Of a stretch of 64,000 nucleotides of DNA, positions 13,231-26,030 are shown in pieces (position 1 is the stretch's first letter; every line of letters begins with the position of its first letter). Location: the NCBI RefSeq assembly GCF_009914755.1, contig NC_060926.1; one strand, written 5' to 3'. A program made the position numbers and the translations under genes. The notes below the pieces were generated by a model that was not told where the DNA came from, did no database searches, and worked only from the letters and a program-made list of their open reading frames with translations. The DNA comes from the human T2T-CHM13v2.0 reference genome, Homo sapiens.

Positions 13231-13849
13231 GGAATCATGCTATTTTGTAGGGTTGGAAGCTATGAACTTCTAAAACATAGCATATGCAGTTTTGGTGGGT
13301 AACTTTCTATTTCCAATAATTGTATTTACCTTTAAAGATTTTGCAACATTCCTCAGCTTCCTTTACCAAGTTCTGCAATCTCTTCTCTCAGCAACAGGAA
13401 ACACTGCAAGAACATTTTCCAGAGCAAATTACAAGTGTTGCTTCCACTTCTTGCCCTCCAGGCTGCAGACAAAAGCTCTTTTCATTGTGTCAAAGGGATA
13501 CAGTCAGGCGAACAGTATAAACTAGCAGGACGATGTAGTTTCCAAAGAGGAGCCTAGTCTAAACTTTTTTGATCCACACTTGAAATAAATCAATATGGTG
13601 CAGGACGGACCATGAAAGACCCTTTGAGAAGAGAAAGGTCTTCAGAATACGGAATGGGACCAAGTCTTTCCCTAACTTTCTCACTCCCAAATTGTATAAA
13701 AAACAGGGACTATGGGGTGGGGGGAGTACCAAGGAATGGCCTCTTGTCTTGTTTAATGGGAAGGAGACAATTCCAAAATGTCCCCACCTTTGCAAAGGAA
13801 AGCTCCTTTTGTTTGAAGCTTAGCAAAGCTACTTTGGTTGCTATGAAAA

Positions 13850-14730
13850 CAGAATCAGTACGATGGACTGTTTCAGGGTTTCAGGCTGTGCTCCTCTTGG
13901 AAGTCACAGCCCCCTTGCAGCCAACAAACAGCATGAGTGGCTCAGCTTTCCCAAAGCTGGGCTGCTCATTAGAGCCATCAGTTAACCCCCTGCCCCTGCC
14001 CATTGCCTACTTATTGTAATTAATTTTATGGCCCCTTTAAAAAAGAGAGAGAAAAGAAAAGGGAGACCTCTACATTTTATGCTACATTGCACAAGCAATT
14101 GAAAGTTGCGGGGAAAGAAGAAAAAAAAATCAAGCACCAAATGTTTAGCAGGGTTTTCTTCTCTTTTAAATGAGCAATCTATTTAAATCAATTATCAGCT
14201 CAAAATGAGCAGGCTGATCTAATTAGTCTTGGCCCCTGGTGGGTTAATGAATGAAAGGGAGGTGCCGGGTAGATGTGCGCTTTCTTTGGAGTCTTCAGAA
14301 CTGACCACACTAACACTAAGCCTTTCTGGGTTGCTAAGTCTTATCAGGCAGAATTATAGAAAGACATAAAAAGAGACAGAGAGAGAGAGAGTAGAATGAG
14401 AGAATAGGGGAGAATTATTAGTTCCATCAACGGAATGACTAAGCATTGCGTGGCATATTTTCAGTCTGAGATTTACCACACAGTGATCATTACCATTTGA
14501 TAAGTAGTTCAGAATTGCAAAGAAATCAATTTGTGTTTTCTTTAAGCATGTTTGAAATGGAACAACATATTGACTTCAGAAGAAAACATGCTGGTGAGGG
14601 ATGACAGCTCCAGCCCTGAACCTTGGCACAAGTAACCTCCTCCCCCTTCTAGCCCCAGTCACATCTTACCCTTTATTTAATCATAATGGCCCCTGGACAT
14701 TAAATATAGTTAATTAAGGAGCTAATATGA
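13850..14730. promoter_or_regulatory. Candidate homeodomain-rich enhancer
   Basis: Largely repeat-free; TAATTAAT 14017-14024 overlapping TTTTATGGC 14024-14032, AAATCAAT 14185-14192, CTAATTAG 14219-14226, TTAATTAA 14710-14717. Confidence 0.35.
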
Positions 14731-14989
14731 GGAAGCAGGAGTGGGAAATATGATGAACAATAAGTTTGTGAGTGCTGGACCGGAAGGTCTCAAGTTTCCC
14801 AGGATTGAAAAAATATATATCTTTTCAAGTATTCCTTGGTGCAAGGAAGTAGATATTTGCTTTTTGGGTTATGACATTTCTTACCCCAAATGTTAACTCT
14901 CTGGTAAATGTTACAAGTATTTATGGTTTGGGAATTCGATATGTGTTACTTTTTGGGGTTATTCTTTTCTAATGGAAATTACATGGGCT

Positions 14990-15135
14990 TTAAATTTAGG
15001 CAGTCCAGCTTTGCTGCTGAAGTGAGTGGCCTTACATGACTTTCTCCCCACCTCTGAACCTCAGTTTTTTCATCTTTAACATGGGATAACTTCATTTAGT
15101 TGTGCTGGGAATTGAGATGCTGTGCACTGAGTGGT
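14990..15135 (+). mobile_element. MIR fragment
   Basis: cctctgaacctcagtttttcatctttaacatgggataac core. Confidence 0.6.
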
Positions 15136-15268
15136 CACTGTATACACCCTGCCTCTCCTTCTTTACTCAGAAGTGTGGACCTGAGGATGTTTTGGCAAAA
15201 GGCAGAAGTAACTTTTTTTTCTTTTTTTTCAAAATAATGCAATGAGGGTGTGAATTTTTATGTGTTGA

Positions 15269-15577
15269 TTTTTTTTTTAATTTTAATTTTTTTTGAGATG
15301 GGGTCTCACTCTGCCTCCTAGGCTGGAGTGCAGTGGTACCATCGTAGCTCACTGCCACCTTGATCTGCAGGGCTCAAATGATCCTCCTGCCTCAGCCTTC
15401 CAAGTAGTTGGGACCACAAGCATGCATCCCCATGCTAGGCTAATTTTTAAAATTTTTTGTAGACAAGGAGTCTCGCTATATTGCCCTGGCTAGTCTTGAA
15501 CTCTTGAGCTCAAGTGATTCTCCTGCCTCAGCCTTCCAAAATGCTGGGATTACAGGCATAAGCCACCACGCTCAGCC
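15269..15577 (-). mobile_element. AluJ (Jo-like)
   Basis: Diverged antisense dimer with AluJ-type positions; TSD tatgtgttgatttt / tctgtgtggatttt. Confidence 0.92.
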
Positions 15578-16889
15578 TCTGTGTGGATTTTTATTTGAAT
15601 CATTTCACTTTTTTAAGATCCTACTTCAAGGAATGAAAAAAACAAGTCTCAAGGAACCAAGCCCTGCCTCCAACTGAGGATGGGGAATAACAATAAACTG
15701 CCCCTGCTGTTTACTTGAGTGTAGTCAAGAGACATTTCTGGATTACAAAAATATCTATGAAAAACTGAAAAGAGCCATCATCATTATTAGGTTTTCAGGA
15801 GGCCAGTCATTGCAGGGTGGTGTTCACACTGCCTGAGCGAAGCCTGTGATGTGGGTAAAGGCCTTGAGGAGCTGGTTCAAGACATACTACCAGGTATAGA
15901 AGAACCACTCTCCGTGATTCCTCTACCCCTTCCTTTTCCTGCCCCACCAGATTGTATATTATCAGTGTCAAAGAAACTTGGGAAATATTGCATCATCTTT
16001 GAACTACAAAATTATTATGTTTCCTATGTGGCAAGATAATTCTTTGCTACCAAACAGCTATGTCTTTTAGAACATTTCTAAGAAGTCTCAGTCTTTTATT
16101 AATGAAATGACCAGAATCATTGGCCTATATGCAAATCGAAATCCCATTGTTTTATGACTTTTCATGGTTCTTTTCACCAAGCCTGATCTCAGTGAGGAGA
16201 GAAACCCTGTTTATCTATTGCCAATTGTTTTAGATTGGGAAGGCTCACAGTGGAACTACAAAACTCCTTGTTGGAGATGAAAGTGGCAAATTTTGGAAAA
16301 TGAGGAAGAACTTTGCAGAATCTCATGTGAACTGGATTTTGGCTTTGTGTGACAAAGAGTGGGCGTGGGAGCATTCAGGAGCATGATAAAGGAATGCTGG
16401 AAATAATTTGCTATTTTTAGAGACAGAAAGACATAAAGAAAAAGAAAAGAAAAATCTTTTGCAGCCAGGGAATGCAAACTTTGTAGTTCATCATAGTTTC
16501 AACATGGGTTCTTACAATGATCTATTCAATTAACCTCTTGCCTGTAAGCCCCCATCTTTAAATAAGCAGGATCTGAGAACAACAATTATAACTTTGCTAA
16601 CGAGAAGCTGGGTAAGTATTAAGTGTTTAAAAACCCCACTATTGGAGCCTGGTAATTTTTAAACATATAATTACCTATTTTATTATACTTTGATTAGATT
16701 AAAATTAATGCATTATTAAGTCATGATATGTTCAACCATCTAGACCTCTGTATAGACACAGATAGCAATTCCTTTTTTTCCCCTTCCCCAGGTCTAAGTT
16801 AATTAAATTCCCTTTAATTATCATTTACTAAAAAGCTTCACTTTTGCCACTATTATGTCTTTTGAACTTTGAAATTCGGGAAAAAAAAG

Positions 16890-17690
16890 ACCTTAAAATG
16901 GTCTTTTACAGGAGAAATGAACTGTCAGCGAATTCAGGCAAAATTAATTATTTCAGCTTGATAAACCTTTTCATCTATTTGACTCCTTATACAGAAAAGC
17001 CAATTAATAATGTCAAACATGCTTTGCCTCCAGGGACCCGCAAGTTCTAATGAGTCTGTTTACTGTGGAGTGGCTAGCAGAATGAGCTTCATGTAGAAAT
17101 TTTCTAATCGCGCCATACCTGTCAAGCTCAGTCTCATTATCTGTGTACCAAGGGCAAACCTCATTTTGTCAGTAGTGGTTTTCGAAGAACTAACAGATGC
17201 CTGGGGGAACATGCAGGACTGTCGGCCAGTAGACGAGTCACTTAATTACCAATCAGAGCAGCCGGGGTGAATGCCTAATGCTCCTTAGTCCCGACCTCCT
17301 CCATCCCAACTCCACGAGCCCATCTTATCAGAGACCGGAGATTGGTCCTTCTCAGCACCCAGCGCTCATCTACCACGACCCCTTTGTCCTGGGCCCTCGG
17401 AAGTGTTGATTGATGAGGCGCCTCTGGAAACAGTGATTAATCATACGCGCATTGTACCACAAGTAGGACAATCTGGGGGCTCCTGCTCCACCTGCCTGGG
17501 CGCTGATTATGGTTTGGCTGATGCGGGTGGAGCCTGCAGTGGAGGGCGTCCCCACAGCCACGCCTAACGAGACCCAGCATTCCCTACCAGCACCTTTGCG
17601 CCTCTTTGACTTGCAAGAAGCACCATCTACCGCGCAGATATTTGGCTGCAGACAGGGGCTAGCATCCTGGAAACTGTGCATACTGTAGAG
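16890..17690. promoter_or_regulatory. Candidate CpG-retaining developmental enhancer
   Basis: Repeat-free, locally CpG-rich; TGATTGAT 17407-17414, palindromic TGATTAATCA 17434-17443, CATTGT 17450-17455, TGTTTAC 17057-17063, CTGTCA 16922 and 17119, TAATTA 16945 and 17243, CTTATC 17324. Confidence 0.45.
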
Positions 17691-17847
17691 CAGCGATTCT
17701 CAAACTTAGTGCACCTACACATCACCACCGGGAGACCCTGTTCAAACCAGTTCCTGATCCGTGGGTCTGAGGCCAACCTGAGATTCTGCATTTCTAACCA
17801 GCCCAGGCTTGCACTGCAGACCTGTGGACCACATACTGAAGCCAAGG
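17691..17847 (+). mobile_element. MER5A (hAT-Charlie)
   Basis: cagcgattctcaaactt...ggtctgaggccaacctgagattctgcatttctaac...ggaccacatactga. Confidence 0.78.
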
Positions 17848-17949
17848 TCGAGAGCAGAGATCCTGGACGAGCTGTTCAACCTTTCTGGGCCTTACATTTC
17901 CACCTCTTTAACATATTACAGAAGATTCGGTTTCTTCCTGTGGCCTTTT

Positions 17950-18560
17950 ATCGAGCAAGCTCCCAGATGAGCACCCTGCGACCCAGGCCCTACCTGGCCT
18001 CCCATCCTCACCTCCCCTTTGCCTCAATCCCTCATTGCAGCCTCTCAGAGCTCCGGGCAGGACACATGCTGCCGGAGCCATGGTCTCTCACGTCCTCTTA
18101 CACGGCCAGTTCCTTGCATTCTCTTTCAATCCTTTGCTCAGTCATCGCCTCGGATAGAACACCTTTCGTGACTTGCTCTCCCCTGGTCCTAGAACAACTA
18201 AGGGGACCCTCCTTTGTGCTTTGCTGCACTTTTGTCGACCTCGCTACAGTCCAAGTTACCCTTTGCTGCAATGAACTATTTCCCCACTTACCTCTACAAT
18301 TAGGTTAGAGTTTCTTGGGAGAAATTCTGTCTTCGGCTTGCTGCTCCTACCTTCACCAAGTTCCAGAATCTTCCTTCTTCTCCTGAACCCCTCTTCCTCT
18401 GTCTTAATCACAACAGGTATTATTTCTGGACTATTGCAGCAGCTTCCTCTTTATTGGTTTCTCTGATTCTAGTTTCTTTCCTGTCTAATATACCCTTAAC
18501 ATTGTTACCAGAATCATTACCTAAAGTTGAAATCTGCTTATGCAGACTACTGCCCCACTC
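17950..18560 (+). mobile_element. L2 fragments
   Basis: Pyrimidine-rich L2 3' region motifs (tttctggactattgcagcagcttcct, aatctgcttatg, taggttagagtttcttggg). Confidence 0.5.
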
Positions 18561-18769
18561 CAACCTGCCCAAAGCCCTGTTGCCTTAAACTTGCTAGTTT
18601 CTTCTTCCCTGAGAAGAAATCACACCAGCTGCCAACTGTGAGTTCCAAAGATCAACATATTTCTGCAGTCGCTTGTTTGAAGAGAACTTATTTTGGCTAG
18701 GTCCAGACCCACGGCTCTTGAGGTAATTTTATAATGTTGCATTATGCCTGAAAAGGACTGAGATTTGCA

Positions 18770-18960
18770 AAGCAGCCTAGAGAGGCAGTCAGACTCAGGG
18801 CTTTGATGTCAATGAGTTCTGGATTCAAAATCGAAGTCTGCTATTTATAAGCAAGTCACTTATTCTTGTTCTGCCTCAATTTCTTCTTCAGTAAAATTGA
18901 GGACTAAATTCTAACTCACCTATCATGATGAGGATTAGAGAGATAAAATTTAATAAATTT
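18770..18960 (+). mobile_element. MIR
   Basis: ctggattcaaaatc...agcaagtcacttattct...tgcctcaatttcttcttcagtaaaat...atgaggatta. Confidence 0.72.
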
Positions 18961-19680
18961 CACTACTTACTGAAATGGTCTGTGAAAGAGCTTTGAAATC
19001 AGGTGAGTGACATTTATGCACAAGGCATCAGTACTTTGGCTTTGTGACTTGTTCACAAATGTTTTTCCTCTGTCCACTCTGAACACTGCAATGTCATTGA
19101 GCCATGTGCTTAAAGTCTAAAAGAAATCAGGCAGTTCACATAAAATTAGGCACTGGGCTTTCAGGAAATCAAACATAGTTAACCTCTCCTTTCATTAGCT
19201 TTATTTCTCCAGGAAAACTGTGTTTCTGGGGAAACCTCAAAGTGTGTCTGAATTAGCCAGAGCCTCCTAATTTCTTAGCCCAGGGAGCAAAAGAAAACTT
19301 GAAAATGGAGCCTGATTAATTCTGTCAACACTTTACTAGATTGCGTTCTATGCTGCCCTCCTGTTGAATATTGGGCAGAGAGATGGCTAGACGCCAAGGG
19401 ACTCCTGTCCAGAGTGGATGCTTCAGCTAAGCTGGCATTATCCCATCTCTCTTAGACCTTTAAACTGTTGGCCACCAGAAAATTTTCCATATTTTTTATA
19501 CAATAATTATTTTTTTATTTCACATTTTCCCCTTTTAATATGTAAGTAGAAAAGGCTTGGTCCATTCTTAAAAGGTGTTGTTTTTACGTATTTATGTCAA
19601 TTTGTTTACCAAAGAACACATCTCTAATTTTGTAATAATGGTCAAGAGCAAATTAAATCTTGATAAGAAAAGAAATCACA

Positions 19681-20054
<374 letters not shown>

Positions 20055-21069
20055 TTACTGTGTTCTGTGAAGCCCTAGATTTTCAGAGAATTACCTTGAG
20101 ACTGTTTCCCAGGGAAAGAATGAAGGAAGGGGTGCAGCCAAAGGTTCCCTGTCCTAATTTCAGTGACCTCTGCTTGTATTTGTTTTGTATATTGGGGATC
20201 TATTAAGATTTTGTTTGAAAAGGGGCACCATGACTTTTAAACATATTGGAAACCATTGTTCCAAAAAGGTTTGGACGACTAGGTCAAATTTCTGTGCTAA
20301 TGAGGATGTTCAGACCTTGTTGCTTTAGAATCCTCAGGCCGCGTTTACTCGATGCCATATATTTGCTTATCACAGCCAGCACTGGCCATCAGTTCCTAAC
20401 ACAGCTTTCATCTGCACCCACCAATAGCCTTGTTACTTGATGAACTTTATCCTACACAGAAAATAAAAAGAGTCCACAGTCCATTATATTGACATTGTAA
20501 TTGATAAATACCTATTGGGAAAGCTGTCCATCTGGCCTCCCTTTCTGTTATCACAAGGGAGACCAGAGAAAGAATAGAACATGTGTAGGGAAGATGGCTG
20601 GACCTTTTTATTCACACTGGAGGATGCCAAGAAAATTATTTGGAACACTGGGGCTCTGTTCCCCATGATCAGTTTGGTATTGCCAAATGCCCTTCTACAT
20701 TTTAATGGAGAACCCATTTACAGTCACTCAAGCATCAGGCATCTTCAAATTGCTTCTGTAAACTTTATTTACACTTAGAACACTGGACTATCTATGCCTA
20801 TGCAAGAGTGTCCCCCTTCGTATAGTAGAAAACCCACAGGTTTTAGAGTTTGACAGAACTTTAACAAATTTCACTCTACCACTTATTGGCTAGGCACTCT
20901 TAATGCCCTGTTTCTCCTTATATTTCTGGGAAAACAGAACCCTCCCCCATCTTTTTCCATCAAATGCACCTCATGATTGAGAGCCAACTTATATAGTACA
21001 GATATTTTGGGCCAATCTGAAATGCATTGGATTGTCTGATAAGAAAGAGCATTTCTAAGCAGATTTCAG

Positions 21070-21190
21070 TTCAATCCAGCGCAATTCCATATTCAGCTAT
21101 TAAGCACACATCTTATGTCAAGCACTGCCCAAGGTACAGTGAGGGACACACACAAAGGTGAGTCAAATATACATCTTAAGTCAGAGAGAT
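21070..21190 (-). mobile_element. L2 3' end fragment
   Basis: tattaagcacacatcttatgtcaagcactg...gagggacac. Confidence 0.45.
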
Positions 21191-22659
21191 GCAGACCCCA
21201 CTGGGCCAAGCTGAGGTAAGGGCTATAGTTGGAATTGCAGCTCTGGCATCATAAATGATTCTACAGGCCTTCGCTAGGATTTGACTGTTTCCTCTCAATT
21301 CTATTGTTAAAATAACAAGCAAAACATATTACGTAGGTTTTTCTTAAAAAAAAACCACCTTATTACAAAGTTGATATTTTCAGCTTTTATCCCTTAAAAC
21401 TAACAAATACAACCCAATACCTCATTTGGATATTGTCACTCAGACAGTATTCAAATCTGTTAGAACATTTGAGGACGAAAAGGTTGAGGAGATCACATGC
21501 TCCAGTCTCTTCCCTTTACAACAAATAAACCAAGGTCTTGAGATGGGAAGAGCCTTAGGAAAGGTCACATCCTTCGTCTTCTAGGCCACAGCATTTTTTA
21601 TTCCACATAGGTGTCAACTTAAAGGACCCCATATTATGCCTCCTGATGGCCTATCCTGGGCAGGTTGGCACTAATTTCATATTCATCTATGCTTTAAGTC
21701 TACTGTCTTTTAGGAAGTCTGAAAGCCTTTCCCACTTTTTAAAAGAATGTGACTTTCACCCTTCACAGATTTCCCATTGCATTACCGTGTCTGTCCAACT
21801 CTACTGGCAAGCCTGTGAGCATTTCTGAACCCCTCAGAGCCCTGTGGTTAGCAAGGGCTGGTAGAAGTTAACGCCAATTTCTTGCCACATGCTGGTTTTG
21901 TTACCTCCCAAAGAGAGCTTGTTTAAACCTCCTTTGATCAAAGCAATTAGAAGAACTGGAGGCAGGTGATTCATAAGCTCAGCAGCTGGAGAAACTCTGC
22001 TTGGGGATGCAATCATGAATCGTATTTAAATACATTGTCTCATTACCTTACCAGGACAGAACTTGAATATTCACACTTGTTTTTCAGGGTTAAAACTCCT
22101 GGAGAAGATTTCAGTGCTGCATTTCCAGAAAGCCATTATTTGCTCAATGTTTCCATTTTGATATGATAACAGAGTCTACTTAAGACTATAACTATCCATT
22201 CAATAAATAAGTACAACTTAGCCTATCTTTGAGAAGTGCTAAGTTTTGAAAATTAGCCTGCCAAAGAGTATCATGGAAGCAGAGACCATATTTATTCACC
22301 TGGCTTATTCACTTGGCTTATCACAGGCCAGGTACTTTGCTAAACTATGAAGATTAAGAAATGAGAAAACTTATGAAACTCCAAAGGCAGTCATGATGCA
22401 GTAGTGAAGACCTCCAAGAAGACATGGTTTTGCAATATAGGCTGGTAGGTGAAATAATAATGTACAAGCAGTGCTGGTATAACTCTATGAAAACTGGTGG
22501 TAAGAAGTGAATTGGGTCTCTAAGGGGGAGTCAGTGAGAGTTCTCTGATTCCCATTTCAGACAGAAATTTCCTGGGAACTTTCACTTAGGCCTAACAAAT
22601 AGATATTAATTCCCAAGACCTCATGAACCAATTGGTTATTGAAAACCTTAAGATGATAT

Positions 22660-22915
22660 CACACAGTGGTTAAAGAGAGGACTCCAGATCCAACCGCCTG
22701 AATTTGGACTGGTCGTACCAATTCTTAGCGAAGGGATGCTGTGGAAGTTGTTTACTTCTCTGAGTCCATTTCTCCCTCCATAAAAATCAGAATAACAGTA
22801 ACTTCCTTATAGATGATTGTGAAAAATAAATGTTAGAGATAATCTACATTAATCGCTTGAGACCATGCTTGGCATGTGGTAGATGTATGGTAAATGTTGT
22901 CTTTATGGTTTCATT
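22660..22915 (+). mobile_element. MIR, near full length
   Basis: cagtggttaaagag...gcctgaattt...tctctgagtccatttctccctccataaaaat...tgcttggcatgtggtag. Confidence 0.78.
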
Positions 22916-22936
22916 TGTCCCTCCCACATCCACATA

Positions 22937-23485
22937 CAGTTGACCCTTGAACAGCTTGGGTTGGAACTGTGAGGGTCCACTTATATGCAGATTGTCTTTC
23001 ACTTCTGCCACCCCTGAGCAAGACCAACCCCTCTTCCTCCTCCTCCTCAGCCTACTCAATGTGAAGAAGATGAGGATAAAGATGTTTATGATGATCCACT
23101 TCTACTTAATAAATAGTACATATATTTTTTCTTTCTTATGATTTTCTTAACCCATTTATGCCTAATGTTGCAATTTTTTGAATTTTTGCAATCAGACCTT
23201 GGCGATGACCTTGAGCAGTAGGATATAAATAACTCCGACATGCTTAGTGTTCCAGTAATGGAACACTAGGCATTTTCTTTTCCCTAGCTTATTTTATTGT
23301 AAGAATATAGTGTATAATACATATACAAAATATGTGTTAATAAATTGTTTATGTTATCAGTAAGGCTTCCAGTCAACAGTAGGCTACTAGTAGTTAAGTT
23401 TTGGGAGAGTCAAGTGTTGTATGCAGATTTTCAACTGCATGGAAGGTAAGGCCCCCTCACCCTTGTGTTGTTCAAGGGTCAGCTG
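22937..23485 (+). mobile_element. Tigger2a (TcMar-Tigger) with nested MER85
   Basis: TIRs cagttgacccttgaaca / tgttcaagggtcagctg, TA on both flanks (22935-22936, 23486-23487); body matches the recalled Tigger2a consensus. Confidence 0.92.
23151..23273 (-). mobile_element. MER85 (piggyBac/PGBD3-derived MITE), one terminus clipped
   Basis: Follows TTAA (23147-23150); cccatttatgcct...ttgcaatcagaccttggcgatgaccttgagcagtaggatataaataactcc...gttccagtaatggaacactaggcat. Confidence 0.92.
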
Positions 23486-24044
23486 TATCTTCATTATTTG
23501 CTTGTTGCAGTGCCTACTGTTAGAATTGACAGTGTGTTAAGCAACAGAGACCAGAAAATTGTCTGTGAGTAGTCTCCAGTAAAGTGTTGGTAGTTCCTTG
23601 GCCCAGATATAATTAGAGATGGTCTAGTTATTTAGCAATATTTGTCATGGATATGGGACAGAGAAGCAGGGTCATATATGAGTCTTAGTTGTCATCCTTT
23701 TTCTTAGGCCTTTAGAAGGTGGGGCCCAGAACAAGGAAGTCTCAACAGTGTGAATATCAGAGGACCTGCACTGTGGCAGCTAGGGAAGGGAAAAGCCTGG
23801 GCAGCAGAGCCTGTCCTGAGAAGGCCAAGCACTAGGAGGAACAAGGCAGGCGAGGAGGACTCATGAGGCAGGGCTGGGAGGGATGCAAGGTAAGAGGGTG
23901 GTGCTCAGAAGGCCAGCATCATCAATTCTAGAAGGATTTACAAGCAAGGGTAATGACACCGAGGAGGAAATTATTAATTGGTTCATGGGTCATATGTATA
24001 GAAGTTTAACAAGCATCAGAGGTATCAGGTGATGCCATGCTTTA

Positions 24045-24369
24045 ATCATTTAGTCAGTTAACAAATATTTATAACCATCTCCTGTGTCAGTGGGAAAGCT
24101 GACACAGGCCTTTCCTAAAGCTTATATTCTGCTGGATGGGGAACAAATTATGAACAAATAAGTATGTAATGTGGTAGATGTTATACGTACTCTAAGGAAA
24201 AATAAAACAGGGTAAAAGCAAAGTAATAGAACATCGGAAGGGGTTCCATTTTGGGAGAGAGCTCAAGGGAAGCCCCTCTGATAAGATGGCTTTTGAGCAG
24301 AGACCTGGATGAAGTGAGGCTGAGAGCCCTGCAGACATTTGTAGGAAGAATATTCCAGCAGTAGGACAC
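24045..24369 (-). mobile_element. L2a 3' end
   Basis: catttagtcagttaacaaatattt...aaggaaaaataaaacaggg...tttgagcagagacctg...gaagaatattccag. Confidence 0.8.
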
Positions 24370-24913
24370 TGTGATAGTGAGCCTCCAAGATGGCCCCCCA
24401 AGATTCTCACTTTCTGGTATCCATTCTTCAGTGTAGTCTCCTTCACACTGAATAGAGTTGACCTGTGTAACCAACAGAACCTCATGGCAATGACGGTGTG
24501 ACTTCTGGGGCTAGGTCATAAAAAGCATAAAAGGAATGATCCCTTGTTGATCATTCACTCTAGAGGACACCAGCAGCCATGTCATCAGGAACTTCAAGCA
24601 GCTCTTTGAAGAGGTCCGCATGTCATGGAACTAGGGCCTCCTGCCAACAGCCAGTACCAATTTGCCAATCATATGTGTGAACCATCATGGAATGAGATCC
24701 CAGCCCCAGTCAAGCCTTCAGATGACCCCCGTCCTAGCTGACATCTTGACTCTAGCCTCATGGGAGATCCCCAAGCCAGAAGCACCACCTAGCTAAGCTA
24801 CTTTCAAATTCCTGGCCCACTGAAATTATATGAGAGAATAGATGCAGATTGCATTTTAAAGCCAATTTTTAAGCCAATTCTTAGAGCAATTTGTTACTCA
24901 GATAACTAGTAGA
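24370..24913 (+). mobile_element. MLT1F-like LTR
   Basis: gcctccaagatggccccc...ggcctcctgccaacagcca...ccagccccagtcaagccttcagatgac...aattcctggcccac. Confidence 0.85.
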
Positions 24914-25239
24914 GTAATTCAAAACAAAGTTTCAGCTTAAGTGCTAAGGATGAGATGTCAGCATTTGGACATCATTTAGGACCTGCCCAATGGAGCCGCA
25001 GAAGTGGAGCAGAGCGCCAATGCCCTAGGTTGCTTGTCACGTACAGTGTGTTCCCTGGCCTTTGTTTAAGTCCTCCTGTCATTCACATTCTTCACCCCCT
25101 GTTATCTCACCTGGGGCAGCTTCAAGCCTAAGCTTTGGTCCGACCTCCTGCATTAGCCTTACCTACCTAGTCATGGTAGTTGGGTATGTCATGTCTCCTG
25201 TCACTGAACTCACATAAGCAGAAGTGAGTGGAACATGGA

Positions 25240-25435
25240 TTGAGTTCATGTTGCATACACAGCACTGTATGCACATTATCTAATGTAACCCTCCTCCAAC
25301 TCTATGAGAAGGTATTATTATCTATCTTTTATAGAGAGAAAAAATATGAGACACAGAATGAGTAAGTAGTTTATCCTATGACAAATGACTGCAAAGAGAT
25401 AATTTAAATTCAAACCTGCTGACTTTTAAGCTTTA
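25240..25435 (-). mobile_element. MIR
   Basis: cattatctaatgtaaccctc...ctctatgagaaggtattattatctatcttttatag...tgagacacaga. Confidence 0.75.
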
Positions 25436-25449
25436 GCTTTTACATTTTT

Positions 25450-26030
25450 TTCTTTTTAACTGCCTAGGAAACACACTGATTATAAAAAATTTGGAAAGTT
25501 TAGACAAGCATGCACACAAATAATTAACAATCCCACAACTGAGAGATAACCACTGCTAATATTTTGGACTAGATATATCTAGTCCATTTTAAATCATTTA
25601 AAAAAATTTACAATGTTAGATTAGACTGTACAAACTGTTTTTGAACAATTTTTCATCAAGGAATATACCATAAACACATTTTGTGTGGTTACATATTCCC
25701 CTAAAAGGTAATTTTTAATGGTTGCAAGTATATTACACGTTTTGATTATATGACAATGTATTCAATACACTTTATTATTGTATATTTATGTTGTTTCCAG
25801 TTTTTTGCTATTGTTAAGGATCATACAATAAGGATATTTGAAGATAAATCTTTGCGCACATAAACGGTTATTAGGGTAAAGTTTTACAAGTAGTGTCACT
25901 GGGTTGACATAAACATTATAAGACTTTTAATATGCATCGCCAAATTGCTCTCCAGAAAGGTTACATCAAACCTGTTCCCATCAGCTGTACATGAGGATGT
26001 TCATTTCCCCACACGTTCACCAGAATTTAA
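25450..26030 (-). mobile_element. L1ME-like 3' region
   Basis: gagataaccactgctaatattttgg, tatttatgttgtttccagttttttgctatt, gccaaattgctctccagaaagg. Confidence 0.72.

Noticed and set aside
17349-17368. REST/NRSE-like tcagcacccagcgc
   Set aside because: Left half-site only; the GGACAG right half is absent.
17676-18308. 210-aa ORF on the + strand
   Set aside because: Non-ATG start, runs through MER5A and L2 relics, no recognisable domain.
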